DNA of 42,559 nucleotides from Frankiales bacterium (GTDB lineage Bacteria; Actinomycetota; Actinomycetes; Mycobacteriales; SCTD01): NCBI GenBank assembly GCA_031416735.1, contig JANOTZ010000108.1, positions 1 to 42,559 of the forward strand, read 5' to 3'. Shown piece by piece: positions 37,984 to 42,559 of this stretch (position 1 is its first letter; each line of letters starts with the position of its first letter). The notes under the pieces were generated by a model. It saw only the letters and a program-made list of their open reading frames with translations, ran no database searches and was not told where the DNA came from. The position numbers and the translations under genes were made by a program.

Positions 37984-40164
37984 CTACGGCAGCGCGACGA
38001 AGTAGCCGGCCAGGTCGGCGATCAGGTGAACCGCCCCGGCGTTGTTGCCGATCCGGAGCCGGCCGGTGCTGCCCGGCAGCGCGACCACCGCGTTAGCGCG
38101 GCTGTCCCCCGTCACCAGGTTGAGGTTGCTGGCGGTCGGCTTCGCGCTGGTGGACGGGTAGGCGACGACGAAGGTCGGCGCCGTCGTGGACGTGCCCGTC
38201 AGGTTGAGCACCACGCCGAGGGCGTCGGTGGGCAGGCCCCGGGTGCCGCGGACCAGCAGGTCGATGAAGCCGCCCGCGCTCGTCGTGATGGGCGCGGCCC
38301 CGGTGCCGTCGCGGCTGTCGAGGAAGCGCACCGGTACGACAGGGACATAGCCGCCGGTGGCCGACGGCGAGTAGTAGCCGGCGAGGTCGGCGATCAGGTG
38401 CACGCTGCCGGCCGCGTTGAACAGCCGGACGCGACCGCCGTCCCCGACCGTGACGGTCACCAGGTTGGGTGCGGTCTCGCCCTTGGCCAGGTTGAGGTTG
38501 CTGATGAGGGGCGTCGCGGCGCCGGACGCAGGGGTGGGGAACGCCCTGATGTTGGTGGGTGCCGTCGCCGCGGTGCCGGTCACGTTCAGCACGACGGCCG
38601 TGGCATCGCCTGGTACGACGGACGTGCCGCCACCGGACAGCGGCAGGCTCCCGACGACGTCGAGGTCGACGAAACCGCCCTGGCCCACCGGGGCAGCGGG
38701 CGCTCCGGTGCCGTTGCGGGTGTCGAGGATGCGGCCTGGCTCGAGCGACCCGAAGCGCTGGTTAGCGGCTCCGGTGACGTAGTAGCCGGCGATGTCGGCG
38801 ATCAGGTGCACCTGCCCGGAGCCGTTGTAGAGCACCACCTTGCCCTCGTCGCTGGGGCCCGACCCCAGCTTCACGGTCACGTGGTTGGCGCGGATCTGGC
38901 CGGCCTTGGTGGTGTTGAGGTTGCTGGCCGTCGGGAGCGGGCTGGCCGGTGCCGGGAAGACGCGGACCACCGTCGCCGCGGTCCCGGAGGCGGCGGTCAC
39001 GTTGAGGACGACCGCGCTGGCGTTGGGGACGGTGCCGCCACCGTCGAGAGTCCTGCCGCTGACCTGCAGCGTCAGCGCCTCGCCGGCCGCGACCTTGCCG
39101 AGGTGGCCGCCGTTGGTCGTGCGGGTGTCGAGCAGCCGGGTCGGGCTCACCGGCACGAACGTCGTGCTCGCCGGATCCGCGACCACGGTGGTGGGAGCGG
39201 GACCGTTCACATAGCCGCCGCTGGCGTCACTGGTGGCAGTCGCGGCGAGGACGATCCCGGCACGGGTGCCGCGGGCATCGACAGCCCACAACTCGAACCC
39301 GCGGGAGCTCGACAGCTCGAACAGGATGCTCTCGCCGTCGGGCAGCCAGCCGGACACCCCGACGAAGCTGCTGCCGGTGAGGGCGGACGGGAAGACCGTC
39401 GCGGTGCCACCGGTGGCCGCGACGGTGGCGAGCCGGTCGACGGTGGCGCTGACCGAGGTGCTGTAGGCGAGGGTGCTCCCTGAGGGGGAGTACTTCGGAT
39501 AGCGGCCGTCCACCCCGAGGCTGGTCGGGGTCCCACCGGAGAGCACGGTCAACGGGCCGATGCCCGTCTCCGGGTCGGCGGACCGCGAGAAGGCGATGGT
39601 GCCGGCGTCGCCCGGCTTGTAGGTGCCGGCGAACCCGTCGGTGCCACCCGGCAACGCGGTGGCCGCGCCACCTGCGGTCGGGACGGTCCACAGCGCGTAG
39701 GTGTAGGTCGTCGGGTCGTCGATGTCCACGGCGGTGACGCGGGTGAACAGCACGGTGTTGCCGTCGGGGGAGAACGTCGGCTCGATGTCGAAGGCACTGT
39801 CGGTGAACAGGTCGAGCGCGGTGAGGTTGACCCGCCCGATCCCACCACGGTTGACCACGGTGATGCCGAAGGTCTCGGTCGTGTCGCTCACGTTGTCGTA
39901 GGACGCCACGACTTTGTCGCCGGTCGGAGACAGCTCAGGGGTGTCGAAACTCGTCGTCGCCGAGACATGCAGCGGCGAGCTCTGCGCCTTGGTCTGCAGA
40001 TCGCGCAGCACGATGCTCGAACCGCTGGGACCCGTTGCCGTGTAGACGATCTCGTTGCTGGTCGTCGAGGTGGGCCCCGCCACTGCCGGCCTGGTGTGAA
40101 CCAGGCCGCCAGCGGTCAGCAGGACAACAAGGACGACAGTGCTGGAGCGGGCGGTCCTGGTCAC
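37984..40164 (-). CDS. Secreted TolB/PD40-like beta-propeller protein with three C-terminal ~130-aa repeats
   Basis: Signal peptide, P..SP.G motifs and three repeats of P.R.LD.R...VVLN.T...SNLN...VHLIAD.AGY. Confidence 0.85.
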   Translation of the reverse strand: MTRTARSSTVVLVVLLTAGGLVHTRPAVAGPTSTTSNEIVYTATGPSGSSIVLRDLQTKAQSSPLHVSATTSFDTPELSPTGDKVVASYDNVSDTTETFGITVVNRGGIGRVNLTALDLFTDSAFDIEPTFSPDGNTVLFTRVTAVDIDDPTTYTYALWTVPTAGGAATALPGGTDGFAGTYKPGDAGTIAFSRSADPETGIGPLTVLSGGTPTSLGVDGRYPKYSPSGSTLAYSTSVSATVDRLATVAATGGTATVFPSALTGSSFVGVSGWLPDGESILFELSSSRGFELWAVDARGTRAGIVLAATATSDASGGYVNGPAPTTVVADPASTTFVPVSPTRLLDTRTTNGGHLGKVAAGEALTLQVSGRTLDGGGTVPNASAVVLNVTAASGTAATVVRVFPAPASPLPTASNLNTTKAGQIRANHVTVKLGSGPSDEGKVVLYNGSGQVHLIADIAGYYVTGAANQRFGSLEPGRILDTRNGTGAPAAPVGQGGFVDLDVVGSLPLSGGGTSVVPGDATAVVLNVTGTAATAPTNIRAFPTPASGAATPLISNLNLAKGETAPNLVTVTVGDGGRVRLFNAAGSVHLIADLAGYYSPSATGGYVPVVPVRFLDSRDGTGAAPITTSAGGFIDLLVRGTRGLPTDALGVVLNLTGTSTTAPTFVVAYPSTSAKPTASNLNLVTGDSRANAVVALPGSTGRLRIGNNAGAVHLIADLAGYFVALP

Positions 40165-40222
40165 GGGAGTCCTTCGTAGAGGGGCTTGCCCGCATTGCTA
40201 CCACGCCCTTCGCAGGCTTTCT

Positions 40223-42151
40223 CTAGCGGCGTACGGCGAAGCCGTCGAGCACGATGTTCGGCCGGCCGGCCGTCCCCCGCGGCTTGAGGGTGAGGGTGTG
40301 GTTGCCCACCATCGTCCAGGTGCGGGTGTAGAGCACCGTGCGCGGCTGGCGGGAGGCGGCGCGGGTGTCGACCGACCCGATGCGGGTGCTGCCGTCGTAG
40401 ATGTCGACGATGCCGCAGGACGGGCAGCGCTCCCCGATCACCTGGAAGCGGTCGCCCGTGATGGTCACGCGGGCGTAGTGGCCGGCGGCGCTCAGGATGC
40501 GCAGGCTGCCGAGCCAGGCGTCGCCCCGGGCGACGTTCGTGCCGCCGGACAGCGCGGCCCTGGTCTGGTCGAAGGGCACGACCGACTTGCCGCTGAGCAC
40601 CTGCGCGGTGCCGTTGCCGTAGGCGTCCTTGGCACTGACCCGGAACCGGTAGGTCTGGCCCGGGGTGCTGGTGGTGGCACTGGCACCCGTGGTGGCTGCG
40701 CCGAAGGTGCGGGTGGCACCGGGCTTGTCGACGATCCAGGCGCGGTAGCCACCGCCGTTGATCGTGTAGTCAGCGGTGAACAGCACCCCGGCCGGGGCGG
40801 CGGTGGCGAAGCTCACCAGGAACGGGGCCCGGGTGGTGACCTTGGAGGTGGGGTCAGCGAAGGTGGCGAGCGCCCCGACGGCAGTGAGTGAGCGGCCGGC
40901 GGGCGGGCCGGCGTTTCCGGACCGGTCCTTGGACCACAGCACGTAGTCGTAGGTCTTGCCGACGATCAGTCCGGTGTCCACCAGGGAGGTGGCCGGTGCG
41001 TTGATGAAGACCTGCTTGGTGGTGCCGGTGTCGCGCTGGGTGCGAAGGAGCAGTACGCCGGCGGTGTCCGCCTCCGCAGCCGGCGCCGTCCAGCGCACGG
41101 TGGCCGAGGTGCCGTTCAGCGTGAACGCCTGGTCGGCGGTCACGCCGGCCGGCGCGACGGTGTCGAGCGCCCCGATGGCGACGGTGGTCTCGTCGCCTGC
41201 CGTGGCCGGGGTCACCGCGGCCGTTCCACCCGCGGTCGGGACCGACCAGATGTCGCCGTCGCCGAGGTCACCGTCGTACTTCGTGAAGAACACCTTCGTG
41301 CCGTCGCGGGAGAAGGCCGGGCTCATGTTGGCGAGACCGTTGGCGATCGTCGTGTGCGGGCCGACCGTGGCGGTAATGCCGGACACGCTCAGGGACGCCA
41401 CCTGGATGTCGGTGGTCAGTGCCGGGGCGGTTTCCGCCGAGGTGGCGAAGACCCAGGCCAGCTGGGTGCCGTCCGAGGAGACCGTCGCGTAGCCGGCGTC
41501 CGCGCTCAGGTCGTTGCCCAGCAGGAGGTCCGCGGTGCCGCCGTTGATCGACAGGGTGCGGTACTCACCCGCGGAGGCCGCGTCGGTGCTGCGCACCAGC
41601 AGCGTGGTGGCGTTGAGGAAGACCGGGCTGGCGTAGTTCACGGCGACCTGCGCGGACACTCCTGAGGCAACCTGCGCCTTGCGGATGGCCACCGTGACCG
41701 AGGCGCCGAGACGCGCCCTTGTGAACACCACCGTCGAGCCGTCGGGGGACAGCGCCGGCGCGGAGTTGACATCGGAGCCGTTCGCGTCGAGGTCTTCGAC
41801 GACGCGCACCACCTGGCCGCTGATGTCACGCACGACCAACCGCTCGCGCAGGGGGACCCCAGCGGCCGTGTAGCTGGTCTCGACCGCGACGAAACGGGAC
41901 CCGTCTGCGGAGACCGACACGTCGTTGACGTCGCGGAGGTCGGACTCGGCGATCAGCGCCCTGGCGCTGGCGTCGGGGGTCTCGCGGCGGTAGACGCCAT
42001 AGCTGCCGTCGCTGTCCATGTCCGCGACGAACACGGCCACCTCGGTCTGCGCGGCGACGGCGGAGGCGGTTGCTACGGGAAGCAGGGGGGTGAGGACGGT
42101 GGCGAAGAGGGCGGCCGTGAGGACCGCCCCGGTACGGGATCGGGGGTGCAT
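40223..42151 (-). CDS. Secreted TolB/PD40-like propeller plus FN3-like domains
   Basis: AGGAG plus ATG 42151, signal peptide, PALSPDG/PAFSRDG, DTGL..GKTYDY and YRFRVSAKD.YGN. Confidence 0.82.
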   Translation of the reverse strand: MHPRSRTGAVLTAALFATVLTPLLPVATASAVAAQTEVAVFVADMDSDGSYGVYRRETPDASARALIAESDLRDVNDVSVSADGSRFVAVETSYTAAGVPLRERLVVRDISGQVVRVVEDLDANGSDVNSAPALSPDGSTVVFTRARLGASVTVAIRKAQVASGVSAQVAVNYASPVFLNATTLLVRSTDAASAGEYRTLSINGGTADLLLGNDLSADAGYATVSSDGTQLAWVFATSAETAPALTTDIQVASLSVSGITATVGPHTTIANGLANMSPAFSRDGTKVFFTKYDGDLGDGDIWSVPTAGGTAAVTPATAGDETTVAIGALDTVAPAGVTADQAFTLNGTSATVRWTAPAAEADTAGVLLLRTQRDTGTTKQVFINAPATSLVDTGLIVGKTYDYVLWSKDRSGNAGPPAGRSLTAVGALATFADPTSKVTTRAPFLVSFATAAPAGVLFTADYTINGGGYRAWIVDKPGATRTFGAATTGASATTSTPGQTYRFRVSAKDAYGNGTAQVLSGKSVVPFDQTRAALSGGTNVARGDAWLGSLRILSAAGHYARVTITGDRFQVIGERCPSCGIVDIYDGSTRIGSVDTRAASRQPRTVLYTRTWTMVGNHTLTLKPRGTAGRPNIVLDGFAVRR

Positions 42152-42344
42152 CGTGCTCCTGTCGGGGGGATACGTGCTCCGTGCACGCAACGCGGAAAGG
42201 ATGCCAGACCTGCGCCCGGGTCCGTGGCCGAATCCGACAATTCATAGAGGGGGACGCACGTGCAGGTCAGGCGCCCGGGCACTGGTGGCCGGCCGTCTGG
42301 CAAACTCGGGACTACCGCCGTACCGCTGTGAAGGAGCATGAACC

Positions 42345-42559
42345 ATGCCGATCGCCACTCCCGAGATCTATGCCGACATGCTCGACCGGGCGAAGGCAGG
42401 CCGGTTCGCCTACCCCGCGATCAATGTGACGAGCTCGCAGACCCTCAACGCGGCGCTGCAGGGCTTCGTCGACGCGGGCAGCGACGGCATCGTGCAGGTC
42501 AGCACCGGTGGCGCCGAATATCTGTCCGGTCCGAAGGTGAAGGACATGGTCACCGGCGC
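42345..42559 (+). CDS. fbaA: Class II fructose-bisphosphate aldolase (partial, runs off the window; absent from the ORF track)
   Basis: MPIATPEIYADMLDRAKAGRFAYPAINVTSSQTLNAALQGF...DGIVQVSTGGAEY; AAGGAG upstream. Confidence 0.95.
   Translation, partial: MPIATPEIYADMLDRAKAGRFAYPAINVTSSQTLNAALQGFVDAGSDGIVQVSTGGAEYLSGPKVKDMVTG

Overview
GC-rich actinobacterial chromosome segment. The conserved core consists of rfbA-dcd, tRNA-Gly(CCC), an EtfD/Rv0338c-like Fe-S oxidoreductase, dnaK-grpE-dnaJ-hspR and clpB (with HAIR operators overlapping SigH/SigR-type promoters), pyrE, lemA, dedA and the start of fbaA. Accessory blocks are a lipid-remodelling trio, a hybrid kinase facing a REC-GGDEF-EAL gene, a shattered multicopper-oxidase pseudogene, a GT4/Wzz-like pair and two secreted beta-propeller proteins. 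Three things stand out. (1) A secreted subtilase ends in 16 perfectly phased Trp pentapeptides (consensus WSSRS) and is translationally coupled to a multi-TM GAF-GGDEF-EAL protein, a candidate protease/peptide-to-c-di-GMP signalling module between tRNA-Gly and dcd. (2) An orphan AbiEi/DUF559-like nuclease gene has a DnaA box upstream, paired REP-like palindromic elements on both flanks and five different tandem repeats nearby. (3) Short duplications copy the stop-codon region of five unrelated genes. All family assignments come from motif recognition by eye; no database searches were run.
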